The notes under the pieces were generated by a model that was not told the DNA's origin, did not search any database, and saw only the letters and a list, made by a program, of their open reading frames with translations. Below, one piece after another: positions 50,699 to 61,910 of a DNA stretch of 64,000 nt. Each line of letters opens with the position of its first letter. The first letter of the stretch is position 1. The position numbers and the translations under genes were made by a program. The stretch is from Candidatus Poribacteria bacterium. GTDB taxonomy: Bacteria; Poribacteria; WGA-4E; WGA-3G. The DNA lies in contig CAXXLX010000001.1 in NCBI GenBank assembly GCA_963665235.2, positions 928,001 to 992,000 on the forward strand, written 5' to 3'.

Positions 50699-51460
50699 AT
50701 GAAAAAATTAACCGCCCTCCAGACACCTCCCGGACTTTTTTCTGATACAACGGATGCGGTTAAAAATAACGTGTTCTCCACCGAGCGGGTCGTACAAGCC
50801 CCGCCTCTGACACTGCCAGATTTTCTAAAACCGAATACACGGTTAAAGATGGATGGTTTGGAACTTCTCTCTCACCTGCCAAAAGAATCGGTGCCTGTAG
50901 CGTTTCTTGACCCACAGTATAGAGGCGTACTTGATAAAATGAATTACGGCAATGAGGGTAAAAACCGAGAGAAACGCAGATGTGCATTGGTCCAAATGCC
51001 TGAAGAATTAATTGCTGAATTCATTCGGGGCATTGACAATGTGCTTATCCCATCTGGACATCTGTTTCTGTGGATAGATAAGTTTCACCTTTGCCAGGGG
51101 TTCAAAACGTGGTTTGATGATACACAGTTAGACGTTGTCGACCTAATCGTCTGGAATAAAGATAGGTTCGGCATGGGGTACCGGTCCAGACGTGTGAGCG
51201 AATATTGTGTTGTGCTACAGAAACACCCGAGAAAGGCGAAGGGAGTTTGGCAAATTCATAACATCCGAGATGTTTGGCTCGAACGAACGAAAACAAAAGT
51301 GCATCCCCATCAGAAACCTGTCGGTTTACAGGCAGAGCTCATCGCTGCTGTCAGCAATGAAGGTGATTATATAATCGATCCGGCTGCCGGCTCCTTTTCT
51401 GTCATGGAGGCGGCACACGCAAGAAACCGGAATTTCATCGGCTGTGATCTGGAGGGGTAA
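50699..51460 (+). CDS. Beta-class N6/N4 DNA methyltransferase (DPQY variant), orphan
   Basis: FLDPQY catalytic motif, then HPHQKP and IIDPAAGS. Confidence 0.8.
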   Translation: MKKLTALQTPPGLFSDTTDAVKNNVFSTERVVQAPPLTLPDFLKPNTRLKMDGLELLSHLPKESVPVAFLDPQYRGVLDKMNYGNEGKNREKRRCALVQMPEELIAEFIRGIDNVLIPSGHLFLWIDKFHLCQGFKTWFDDTQLDVVDLIVWNKDRFGMGYRSRRVSEYCVVLQKHPRKAKGVWQIHNIRDVWLERTKTKVHPHQKPVGLQAELIAAVSNEGDYIIDPAAGSFSVMEAAHARNRNFIGCDLEG

Positions 51461-51462
51461 GG

Positions 51463-52721
51463 TTGGAAAACTTGAGACATAAAGATGAATCGTGGGACTT
51501 TCGAGCAGCAGATACTAAAGAGTACACCCACTGTTTCCACACTTATCCGGCGATGATGGTTCCGCAAATCGCCAGACGATTGCTAAAGCAATATGGAGTC
51601 AAAGGTAGATGGCTCCTCGACCCATATTGTGGTACGGGCACCTCACTGGTTGAGGCATCTCTATTCGGTATGCACAGCGTCGGATGTGACATCAACCCCC
51701 TCGCGCGCCTGATTGCTACCGCAAAATTGACCCCCATCCCTCTGAAAATGCTTGACAGTGAACTAAATCCGTTAAACAATGCACTCTTTCAGGTTGAATT
51801 TCGAACAGACCAGGTGCCAGCCGCGCCGATTCCGCATTTCCCAAATCTGGAGTATTGGTTTTCTGAAGGGGTTATCAGATGTCTCGCCTACTTACAGCAT
51901 CAAATTAACAGAATAGCAGATCAAGCGGTTCGGAATTTTACCACGTAGCGTTTTCGGAGACGGTTCGTGAGGTATCCTATACACGGACAAGTGCGTTTAA
52001 GTTGCACCGAATGCCAGCAGAAAAACTTGAAAACTTTAATCCTGATGTTTTTGGTATCTTTCGCAAAAAACTGTATAGGAACAGACAAGGTTTGATGACA
52101 TATATGGAAAAACGCAAAAATGTAGAGGTGTCGGTTTGTAGTGCCAACACAGTACAAGGTGAACTTCCAATGTCACGTCCGCCTGGCGGTTACGACCTGG
52201 TGATTACGTCTCCGCCCTATGGCGATTCGCAAACTACGGTCGCTTATGGGCAATTTTCTCGGCTGTCCGCAGAATGGCTCGGGCTGCCGAACGCACGAAA
52301 AATTGATAGGCTCGCCATGGGGGGCACTCCTGCCAGTGAAACATTGATGGATACCCCTGTTTCATCTGCTATTCAAGAAATCCGTTCAATTGATGAAAAG
52401 CGAGCCCGAGAGGTTTCCGCCTTTTATATTGACCTGAAACATAGTATTGATTCAGTGGCAAAAGTGCTTTCTCCGCATGCCACAATTTGTTATGTTGTTG
52501 GCAACCGGCGCGTTAAGGACGTTTTGCTGCCAACAGACGAGTTTGTCGTCTTTGCCTTCGGCAAACATGGGTTTTCACACAAGCACACCGTGGTTCGGAA
52601 CATTCCGAATAAGCGGATGCCCAAGAAAAATAGCCCCTCCAATATTGCCGGGCAAACCGCAACGACGATGCACGAAGAAAACGTTGTTACCTGTCAAAGG
52701 ACAGCTGCCCTATGTCCGTAG
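51463..52721 (+). CDS. Alpha-class N4-cytosine DNA methyltransferase, frameshifted at ~51938
   Basis: [15 protein letters not shown] and TSPPY motifs; adding one T to the TTTT run joins the two ORFs. Confidence 0.8.
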
Positions 52722-53819
52722 GTGAAATTATCCTATCATCTCTAACAAAAAGGTTCGGCGATACAGTCGCTGTGGACGACGTGTCACTGCGAATAGAAGG
52801 CGGCGAGTTTTTCTCCTTGCTGGGACCGAGCGGATGCGGAAAAACGACCACATTGCGAATTATCGGCGGGTTTGTGTACCCAACCGCTGGCGACGTTTTT
52901 ATCAACGGCGAACGCATGGTTGAAACCCCACCGTATCGCAGACCTGTCAACACTGTGTTCCAAAATTACGCCCTATTTCCGCACAAAACCGTTGCACAGA
53001 ATATTGCATTCGGACTCCAGATGAAAAAAATTCCAAAAACGGAAATTGCGGATGCGGTTGAACGTTCCCTCGATTTAATTCAACTGCCGGGCTACGGTGG
53101 CAGAAAACCGAATGAACTCTCCGGTGGCGAGCGGCAGCGCGTGGCACTTGCACGCGCATTGATTAATGAACCGACTATTCTGCTATTAGACGAACCGCTC
53201 TCCGCCCTTGATCTGAAACTCCGCAAACAGATGCAATTGGAACTGAAAACGTTGCAGCGCAAAGTCGGGATTACGTTCGTCTATGTCACGCATGACCAGG
53301 GGGAGGCGTTAGCACTGTCCGAGCGGATTGCGGTGATGAACGAAGGCAAAATCCTTCAGGTGGGAACACCCGCTGAAATCTACGACTCCCCACAAAACCG
53401 GTTTGTCGCCGATTTTATCGGAACATCAAACTTCTTTGAGGGAATATGTATCAGCACTGACGATAAATTTACAACCGTTGTGTCAAATACCGAGCCGGAG
53501 TTCAACGTTCGTTTGTAAACGCAGCGAAGAGGTGCCGGTAGACACAGTTGTCACCGTGGCGGTGCGTCCGGAGCGGATAGACATATCGGCGGAACCTCAT
53601 TCGGCTTTACCGAATTGCTTGCGCGGGGTTGTTCAAGATGCAAGCTATCTCGGAACGACGTTGCAATACACAGTGCAGACCGATTACCCGACCCCGCTCA
53701 TTGTCCATCAACAAAACACGGGTGCTAAGGAAATTCATCGTTTTCAGCAAGGCGATACGGTTTATTTGCAATGGACACCGAAGAGAGGGAGTGCCACTCT
53801 AATTCTGATTGATTTCTAA
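52712..53819 (+). CDS. potA: Spermidine/putrescine ABC ATP-binding protein with TOBE domain, frameshift ~53505
   Basis: [21 protein letters not shown] and DEPLSALD motifs; AVRPE/TOBE in the next frame. Confidence 0.8.
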
Positions 53820-54390
53820 ACGGCCGCTCTCATTAACCCGAATAGTTTTGTCTTCCAAAAATTCATTGACGGTGTCCGTATAACGGTTTAACGGTGTAAA
53901 AATTCTTTCTCTATCCTCTTCAAGTTCCCGCGCGTAGCCGACCATGTGTTTAGTTCTACTAATAATTGGAAGGACGAGGATATCTTCGAATTCCAAGACC
54001 AACTTCTCTTCGTAACGCTAATTCGTTCAGCCAACCCTTCTGCTGTAGCGAAATGATCATTAATTCTACGCTGCATCTGTTCATCTAGAAGTCCGGCATC
54101 GTTCGAAAGCTTTTTGTAACGATGTTTAAGATAGAGTAATAGTGAGAGAGACCTTCTAATAATTCCTGAAGTCGTAAATCTACGGATTCCAAAGGACTTC
54201 TCCTATATCGTTCATCCTTATCCACCACTATAGGTAAACGGCGACTATTGTGATAGCTACAGTTCGTTTCTGTTCGGAAATTCGCAGCTTGACCTGAGAT
54301 TACTACGGACTGGCATTTTGTAGTGCTTGGCGTATCTGTTCTGCTTCGCGAACTGCCCTATGCAATCGCCTCTTCAAACTATTAGACATT
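53799..54390 (-). pseudogene. Degraded gene remnant (possibly an ATPase middle region)
   Basis: Several short overlapping AT-rich minus-strand ORF fragments downstream of the REase; no intact motif. Confidence 0.3.
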
Positions 54391-54594
54391 ATAGTAGGAT
54401 TTAGAATTAATTGGACATTGTCCGTATCTCGTTTACGAAACCGCGCTTACCAGGGCTGTTGTCCAACAAACTTTTAGTTTGTGTCCGCATCCGCACGAAC
54501 TGGAAAGTTTGTGCTACAAAATCTCCCAATAAGTATATGCTTTACTATACATATCCATTCAACTCAAACTCAGATAATTGGCGAAGGTATTGGA

Positions 54595-55365
54595 TCAACT
54601 GAATTGTTTAAAATATTCGTCAATTTCATCTCTTAACTCAATGCCAGCCTGCTCAAAAGCATCCAAAAGTTTTACGTACGTTCCCTCTCCACCAATAAAA
54701 TCCCACAGTTCATCTGCAACCAAAATATCATGCTGCAAATCCAACATTCCTTTTAACGTCCATCTCTGATACGGTTTAGGTTCATAAGGATTGTAAGGAA
54801 TACCAATCATTGTGTTTACAACCACCTCAGGATCTCGCGCAAATTCAGCAGCTGTCCATTCCAAAAGGGTTCGCTTATACTCCTTAAAATTACCTTTGTT
54901 AGGTTTCACAGTTTTTAGGTCAAATAAAAACAGCTCACCTTCGTAGTTTTCCAACCAGATATCCACCCATGTCAGTTTTACCTCGTCTAAAGTTCCGGTT
55001 CGACAAACTTCTCTAATTTCTTCAATTTCAATAGGCTTATTGGGTTCTCTATCAGCCACCGTTAATTCATTCATTATTGTCTGAATTTGCTGATATGCTC
55101 CAGAGCTTATTTTGTTAGCAGGTTTAACTTGACTTTGGGCAATTCTAAACTTTCCGCTCGCCAATGCAATAGCGACGGGCTCATATATTGATACTCCAAA
55201 TGTGGTATTCAAGGATTGAATAAAGGAGAATAAAGCCATCCTATCTTTACCGAGCAACCGATAATGGAACGGCATGTAACGCGTTTCAGGATTGTACGAT
55301 CGGAATTTTTCTCGCATGCAATCCTTGATTTTCTCTTTTATCATCAACATTCGTTGTGAATTCAT
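54595..55365 (-). CDS. Type II restriction endonuclease, TdeIII/MjaII family (GGNCC expected)
   Basis: PET..MPFHYRLLGKDRMALFSFIQSLNTTFG, VD..E...DLKTVKPN and IPYNPY motifs. Confidence 0.85.
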   Translation of the reverse strand: MNSQRMLMIKEKIKDCMREKFRSYNPETRYMPFHYRLLGKDRMALFSFIQSLNTTFGVSIYEPVAIALASGKFRIAQSQVKPANKISSGAYQQIQTIMNELTVADREPNKPIEIEEIREVCRTGTLDEVKLTWVDIWLENYEGELFLFDLKTVKPNKGNFKEYKRTLLEWTAAEFARDPEVVVNTMIGIPYNPYEPKPYQRWTLKGMLDLQHDILVADELWDFIGGEGTYVKLLDAFEQAGIELRDEIDEYFKQFS

Positions 55366-56942
55366 CCTTTAGTTCCTTTTTCTTTTAAATGGAAAATCGT
55401 TTCTGAATACGCTGTTTCTCGATTCTTTTCAGTCCGATTCAGGACAGGCCGCTTGTGTTGATTGACGATGTGCATACCCGCCATATCAGCAATAGTCGGG
55501 TACATACTAAACTTATCGTTTGCAACAACGAAAACATTGTAATCGTCCGCTAAAAACCGTTTACAGTTCTTGAAAACCGCTGCTATACCCTGAACGTAAG
55601 ACTCTCTCGCCTCGCGTCCCTTTCCTCTAAACAAGGGGCCAATCTCCAATTCATCTAACCTTTTGAAACCGAAAAGATCATAAGCGTAGGCGTGCTGCTC
55701 GTGGTAGTTGATGAGTCCAACATACGGCGGACTTGTAAAGATACCTTTAATCCGCTGTTTTTGGGCAATCTCTGCAAACTGTGAATTTACCTGTTCCAAC
55801 ATCGTGAAGATGTTAATCGTCCGCGAATCACCGGTAACGCAGTGTTGAAAAGTGTCCGTTTTTAATCGATTGAACTCAAACCAACGTTCTATGCTGTCCT
55901 TACTGTATCGCTCCCACCACCCTAAGATGGAAAAGAGCGGTTTGCAAATCTTTCCATGTTTTCTACAAAAGTAGGGGGTCGTTACAGGGTGCCGCAATGT
56001 CCCTAGGTCCGCGTGTGTCGTGGCTCTACATGAACGGATAGTCCGGCTTAAGATGAGCATCAAACCTCTTTGGGTTGACGCGTCCTCTATTTCACGAATT
56101 TTGCTGTGGACAAAATCTATCTCCGCCTTCACCCCCGGCAAATACCACCGCTTCATAAAACGCGCCGAATCGGTTGGCATCTCTATCTCAATTTGATACT
56201 CGGCGACAAGCGGACGGTATATCTCTAAAAAATCGGTCTCCTTCTCAGCCCCATACCTTTTCTGGTCAATCTCACCCGTTCTCACTTGCCGTTTGAAGGA
56301 TACCGGAAAATACTGTGTGTTGAAAACCGTAAGGGCATCCGAAAGTTTGGAGTCAAATTCCATTATGCCAGATGTAGCAACAAAATTTCGGAGAGCGGCT
56401 GTAATTTTCTGGCTCGCCTCGTATAGCCGAACGAAGTTGAATGTTCCAACCTTCGCATTGCTAATAAACGCGTTAAACGCCGAAATATCAATCCCAATTG
56501 CGTGCATCCCCAATTCGTTCGCTTGCACTAAGGTTGTCCCACTACCACAAAACGGGTCAAGCACAATATCTCCTGATCGAAAATAGATCTCCTGTTTAAA
56601 GTCGTCGGTATGTGTATCTAGGAAATATTCAACCAATTGCGGGATAAATTTACCTTTGTACGGATGCAGTCTGTGGACATGTTTTGTCGTCTCCGCCTCT
56701 TTAACCTTTTCGAAGGACAGTGTCCAATTCAGGTCATCGCCGAGTTCGTCTTTCCACTGCTTCTCTCGGCGGCTTTGTCCATAATAATTTTCTAAGCTCT
56801 GTAGCGGAATCAGTGTTGTCCCCTTTTCAGGACTCGTTTCGAGGTGTCCGTACTGAATTAAGTAGGAGATATTCGCGGTGGTAACGTTTTTATTGAGATG
56901 TTTTGATGCCCATTGGCTTGCCTGTTTGAGTGTCAGAAGCAT
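55362..56942 (-). CDS. Cognate N4-cytosine DNA methyltransferase with N-terminal HTH
   Basis: HPYKGKFIPQLV, DPFCGSGT and TSPPY motifs; ATGA overlap with the REase. Confidence 0.88.
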   Translation of the reverse strand: MLLTLKQASQWASKHLNKNVTTANISYLIQYGHLETSPEKGTTLIPLQSLENYYGQSRREKQWKDELGDDLNWTLSFEKVKEAETTKHVHRLHPYKGKFIPQLVEYFLDTHTDDFKQEIYFRSGDIVLDPFCGSGTTLVQANELGMHAIGIDISAFNAFISNAKVGTFNFVRLYEASQKITAALRNFVATSGIMEFDSKLSDALTVFNTQYFPVSFKRQVRTGEIDQKRYGAEKETDFLEIYRPLVAEYQIEIEMPTDSARFMKRWYLPGVKAEIDFVHSKIREIEDASTQRGLMLILSRTIRSCRATTHADLGTLRHPVTTPYFCRKHGKICKPLFSILGWWERYSKDSIERWFEFNRLKTDTFQHCVTGDSRTINIFTMLEQVNSQFAEIAQKQRIKGIFTSPPYVGLINYHEQHAYAYDLFGFKRLDELEIGPLFRGKGREARESYVQGIAAVFKNCKRFLADDYNVFVVANDKFSMYPTIADMAGMHIVNQHKRPVLNRTEKNRETAYSETIFHLKEKGTKG

Positions 56943-57004
56943 TTCAGGTCCCTGTGTTTATGATGACGATAAAATTTTCGTCGCAGATGCACATGTTCAC
57001 TAAA

Positions 57005-57361
57005 GTCAAGGCACCCACTGCCTTAAGGCAGGGGAAACCTGTGCTTCAGTATTCGGGCAAACAGCCCGCTCCTACGCAGTTAGCGTTTCCTCGGAAACGT
57101 CTTATATCTACTCCACAGAGGGATCACAAGCAGCCCTCAAAATGTTTATCGCAGCGTTTACGTCTCTATCGTGGTGTGAGCCACATTCGGGACAGGTCCA
57201 CTGCCGATTTAAAAGTGTCAGGTCTTCGTTATGGTATCCACAATCTGAACAGGGTTTGGTTGGTCGTCAAGTATGTTACCAAAACGCATATTCTGCGGAT
57301 GTTCGCGTATCTGATATTTATACGTGCGGCGGTGTTGTTTAGGTTCTCTTTTCTTTTTCAT
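57005..57361 (-). pseudogene. tnpB: Internally deleted tnpB (IS605/IS1341-like) with retained right end / omega-RNA region
   Basis: N-terminus MKKKREPKQHRRTYKYQI fused out of frame to CSDCG...[21 protein letters not shown] (stop 57108); hairpin CCCTGCCTTAAGGCAGTGGG downstream. Confidence 0.85.
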
Positions 57362-57456
57362 AAATACTCACGTGTCACCACTTTAACCCCTGAACAGTGG
57401 GTAGGCAGACACGTTACCAAGCGGTAACGCTGTTCATATCTGCCAACGTGATACGC

Positions 57457-57488
57457 TAATTATACTACATTTTGATATTATTTGTCAA
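57457..57488 (-). promoter_or_regulatory. Sigma-70 promoter facing the tnpB remnant and R-M operon
   Basis: TTGACA-N18-TATAAT on the minus strand. Confidence 0.55.
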
Positions 57489-57890
57489 GAAAAAATAGGA
57501 AAATAGGAGCGGGTATTCCCCCCCTACATAATCTATCTACACATGGATAGATGCGTCACAGAGTTTGTCCGAATTTGGTTGACTTATGAAGAACCAGCCA
57601 TTTTTGGCGAGGGTATTGATGATATATTCCCTTCTATATTGACAACAAAACTTTTCTAACTGTGCCCCGTTGCAATCAATCGTTAAAATAATAACACATT
57701 CGGTGAAGAAAAAGCAAAAATTAAGTGGTCTATTTTGCAGAAACGTGTTATAATATCCGTTGAATGAACTCCTTTCGCTGAAAAAGTTTATTATTTTCAA
57801 AAGAGTTCTCTTTACACAAAAAATTCGTCAATTATTTATCAAACTCACGTTACAATCCAAAGCCTTAAGAATGTGCTATTCCGAAAAAAA

Positions 57891-59664
57891 ATGACAACAA
57901 ATTGGAACTCCCAGCGTGTTGGGGATATTAAGGAAAAATCTATAGCCGCTTTAGCGCGTGGTACCGCTTTTCTGCTGACGCAACAGAGCGCAGCCGGGAA
58001 CTTCGAGGGACAACTTTCCGCGAGTACGTTTCCCTCCTGCGCGTACGCATGGATTCAACTGGCGCAGGGAGATACCCCCGACCAAAACCTTATTGACTGG
58101 TTTATTAACAGCCAAAACGAAAACGGCACGCTTTAGCGCGTGGTACCGCTTTTCTGCTGACGCAACAGAGCGCAGCCGGGAACTTCGAGGGACAACTTTC
58201 CGCGAGTGGGGGTTAGACACTGCAAATCAATCAAATCCGGACGCAACCCTATTTGCTCAATTGATTTTGGAACAGGTCGGTGAACAGATTGCCTCACCAC
58301 GTTTAGAAGAGACAGTGGCACGTATTCCGCAATACCCGCTTGATTTGGCGTTAATTAAACTTGCTTACGCGGCTTTCAATCGATTTGACTGGCAGAAGCT
58401 GACTGTTTCAAAACGAGCGTTGCCGCTTATGCGATTCGTCAAGTCCTTAACGCGAATTCCCACATTGCGTGCCCTCTTAAAACCCCCCCGACACCGGCTG
58501 CCACCCGTTGACATCTTTAACACGTCCCTATTTGACGCACTGTTTATTGCAGAACAACATACGTTAGTGCCCGTTTTTATCTTAATTGAACTGAATACAA
58601 CGAACCGTCCCCAAATTATCGATTCCCTATTAGCTTGGTTGAAGGCGCGTGTTTTGAGCGATGGCAGCTGGTTTCGCGTCAATTATATTACCGCGCTATC
58701 GGTATTGGCACTGATTGAACTGCGTGAAAAGGGACATGCCGATGCCGATATTCCCGCGTTGATAGAGACCGGCATGGAATGGCTCCACACGACGCAAAAC
58801 CCGGATGGGGGATGTCGCGAAGCACTGAATCTCAATGTCTGGGACACAGCCTTGAGCATCATCGCCTTGACAGAGGTCGGCACAAGTCCGGACGCAATCA
58901 ACGCAGCAGCGCAATGGCTCATGGAGAATCAAAACGACAATGGCGGGTGGGCATTTTCTGGCATGCCCGATAGTTCACTTCCCAGCGATGCGGACGATAC
59001 CGCTCTGTCAACTCTCGCCTTAATTCGCGCAAAACGAGACGGCACCGAAGATGCAATTCAACGAGGCGTAGAATGGTTAAAACGGAATCAGGGAAGCGAC
59101 GGCAGTTGGAGCACGTATCAGCCCGGTCAAGGCGACGTGGGGTGTGTTAGTATTACCGCACATGCCATCGAAGCACTGCTTGCCTACGGCGACAATGAAA
59201 CGGTTATAACCCGCGGTATCCAATGGCTACGGGCGGCCATTCACAGCGAGGGTTTTTGGGACGACCTCTGGTTGGCAAAGCGGACTTATGGGACCGCTTA
59301 TGCGCTCGTTGCACTCATCAAAGCAGGCATGAAAGATGTACCGGAGATTACGCGCGGTGTGCACTGGTTAGAGCAGACACAAAATGCAGATGGGGGTTGG
59401 GGTGAAGATATGTTTGGAAACCCCACACAGAGCACAGTGGAGCAGACCGCGTGGTGTACTTACGCCCTTCTACTCGCTACCGATGAAAACCTCGCCGCTC
59501 AAAACGGCATAACGTTTCTCCTGAAACATCAACGGGAAGACGGTTCATGGCCCGAAAGCTGCGTCGGCATCTATTGGGAGGTCATCGGCGGGTACAGCGA
59601 CCCAATCTATGCGTCTGTTTTTCCAATGCTGGCGTTGAATCAGTATAACACAGGAACACCTTAG
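57891..59664 (+). CDS. Squalene-hopene cyclase-like / prenyltransferase-repeat protein, interrupted by a 76-bp duplicated insert
   Basis: QW repeats (QNxDGGW), VWDTAL and DADDTA (DxDD). Deleting 58131-58206 restores QNENGTWGLD. Confidence 0.8.
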
Positions 59665-59678
59665 ATTAGGAGAAAATA

Positions 59679-60671
59679 ATGAACAGAACTGCTGACGTTC
59701 TGGTGGTGTAAAACGGCACACGCCCCCCTTGGGGGAATCTACAAGAACAAAGGAGGCGGTGTTTCCTCCCCCCACTAAAGCAGGGGTATCCACACCGAAT
59801 ATTTTTATTGAAGCGTTACCTAAAGCTACCCTATATCCGCCGCTTTTACGACCGGCGGGTTATTATCAAATATGGCGGTGCCGCCATGGAGGAGGAAAGT
59901 CTTATCCACTCCGTTATGGAAGACATCGTTTTGATGAAATACGTGGGGATGCGCCCGATTGTTGTACACGGTGGCGGCCCACGAATCAGCACGTGGATGG
60001 ATAGGGTTGGGAAAACAGCAGAATTTGTGCAAGGACTACGCGTAACTGATGCCGAAACCGTGGAAATCGCCGAGATGGTGTTAGCAGGGTCAATTAACAA
60101 AAGCATTGTATCGCTTATCAACCAACACGGCGGGCAAGCAATTGGCATTTGTGGTAAGGATGGAAATCTGATTATCGCTGAAAAACATACACCCAAAGTG
60201 ACAGATGAGGCAGGCAATGAGACCACCGTTGACATAGGGTTTGTCGGTAATATCATTGGGGTCAACATCCAACCGATTATGGCACTTGATAAAGCGGGGT
60301 ATATCCCGGTAATTGCACCTAACGGGGTAGGGGTCGATGGGCAAACCTATAACATTAATGCGGACACCATGGCAGGTGAAATCGCTTCTGCACTACAGGC
60401 GGAAAAACTGATTTTGCTAACCGACACTCGCGGCATCTGCCGAAATCTGGACGACACGGCTACGCTCATTCCGACTATCTATATGCGGGAGATCAAAGCA
60501 CTCATCGATAGCAAAGTCATCACAGGCGGAATGATACCGAAAATAGAGGCGTGCGAGAGAGCCCTCCTCGGCGGTGTAGCGAAAACACATATCATTGATG
60601 GAAGAATTCCGCATTCCCTGCTCCTTGAAGTCTTCACGGAGGGGGGCATCGGAACAGAAATTGTCCGATAA
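59679..60671 (+). CDS. argB: Acetylglutamate kinase, 5' end interrupted
   Basis: IKYGGAAM, VHGGGP, GLRVTD, NINAD and GGMIPK motifs. The native N-terminus MNRTADVL is separated from EALPYIRRF by an insert. Confidence 0.92.
59703..59807 (+). mobile_element. ~104-bp IS200/IS605-type mini element (IsrB-like right end)
   Basis: GGCGGTGTTTCCTCCCCC..ACTAAAGCAGGGGTATCCACACCGAATATTTT aligns to the IsrB right end at 6558-6612. Confidence 0.7.
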
Positions 60672-60685
60672 ACAGGAGGAACACC

Positions 60686-61840
60686 ATGGAACAACGTAAA
60701 AAAATCGCTGCTATCATAACAACCTACTTTCCACATTCGCATGCTGATGTGATTGCCACGAAATATATGAAAGGTTTTCCGACAGATGATGGGCACCGGA
60801 TGCCGCGTGTGGAATTGGCATCCATCTATCTTGACCAGGTGGATGCACGAGACATCGGGGTGGGTTTGGCTGCAGAACACAATGTCCCGATATATCCGAG
60901 CATTCGGCAAGCGTTGACGCTCGGAGGCGGTGAATTGGCTGTAGATGGCGTTCTCCTCATCGGAGAACACGGTGACTATCCGCATAACGAATTGGGACAA
61001 CACATGTATCCGCGCCGCTATATGTTTGAACAGATTTGTGGCGTGTTCGCATCGAGCGGTCGGTCGGTGCCTGTTTTCTGTGATAAACACCTCGCCTATA
61101 GTTGGGACGATGCGGCTTGGATGTATGCGCGTGCAAACGCGCTTGAGGTGCCGTTTATGGCGGGTTCATCGTTACCGCTCTGTTGGCGGCAACCTTTCTT
61201 AGAACACCCCCTTGATATTCCGTTGGACTCGGCTGTCGGCATAGGCTACGGCGGTGTGGAGTCGTATGGTTTTCACGCGCTTGAGACGCTGCAGTGTATG
61301 ACTGAACGCCGCCAAGGCGGAGAGTCTGGGGTCGTTGCAATTCAGTGTCTGGAGGGAGAAGCGGTCTGGAGGCAATGGCCGCTCGCGTTAGCCGAAGCAG
61401 CATGTGCACAAATCAGAAACAGACCGGACAAGACGCTTGTAGAGGGGTGTCCAAATCCAACGGCATTTCTGATAGAACATCGGGATGGGTTTCAGTCCGC
61501 CGTGCTGATGTTGAACGGTTATGTCACCGATTTCGCCTACGCCGGAAGACAGGGGGATAACGTCTATGCCACGGAGTTTTACCTTCAAAACGGCCCGCCC
61601 TACGCGCATTTCAGCTATTTGAGCCTTAACATAGAGGAGATGTTCGTGACAGGTGTTCCGCAATACCCTGTGGAACGGACGCTGCTGGTAACCGGCATTC
61701 TTGATGCGATTATGCACTCACGGGCACAAGGATATATCCGTCTTGAAACGCCGCATCTGTCGGACCTTGCATATCGTTCTTACCAGAAAATGCCTATCCG
61801 TCCTACTGCCCCGCGTCCTGAAGGTGCAACGTTGCTGTAA
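60686..61840 (+). CDS. Conserved hypothetical protein, Gfo/Idh/MocA-like
   Basis: VDGVLLIGEHGDYP, PVFCDKHL and YGFHALE motifs. Confidence 0.7.
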   Translation: MEQRKKIAAIITTYFPHSHADVIATKYMKGFPTDDGHRMPRVELASIYLDQVDARDIGVGLAAEHNVPIYPSIRQALTLGGGELAVDGVLLIGEHGDYPHNELGQHMYPRRYMFEQICGVFASSGRSVPVFCDKHLAYSWDDAAWMYARANALEVPFMAGSSLPLCWRQPFLEHPLDIPLDSAVGIGYGGVESYGFHALETLQCMTERRQGGESGVVAIQCLEGEAVWRQWPLALAEAACAQIRNRPDKTLVEGCPNPTAFLIEHRDGFQSAVLMLNGYVTDFAYAGRQGDNVYATEFYLQNGPPYAHFSYLSLNIEEMFVTGVPQYPVERTLLVTGILDAIMHSRAQGYIRLETPHLSDLAYRSYQKMPIRPTAPRPEGATLL

Positions 61841-61910
61841 AATCATAGGTGTAAGATTACCTGAACCCATTCTAGCATATGATAGCCTTGGCAATTGGAC
61901 ACCTGTCAAT

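Noticed and set aside
25440-53520. Programmed frameshifting in Omp85 (~25450), MTase (~51938) and potA (~53505)
   Set aside because: Single-base indels, two in homopolymer runs and without slippery heptamer plus structure; long-read error is more parsimonious.
56930-57427. 165-aa plus-strand ORF
   Set aside because: Antisense to the tnpB remnant; no recognisable motifs.
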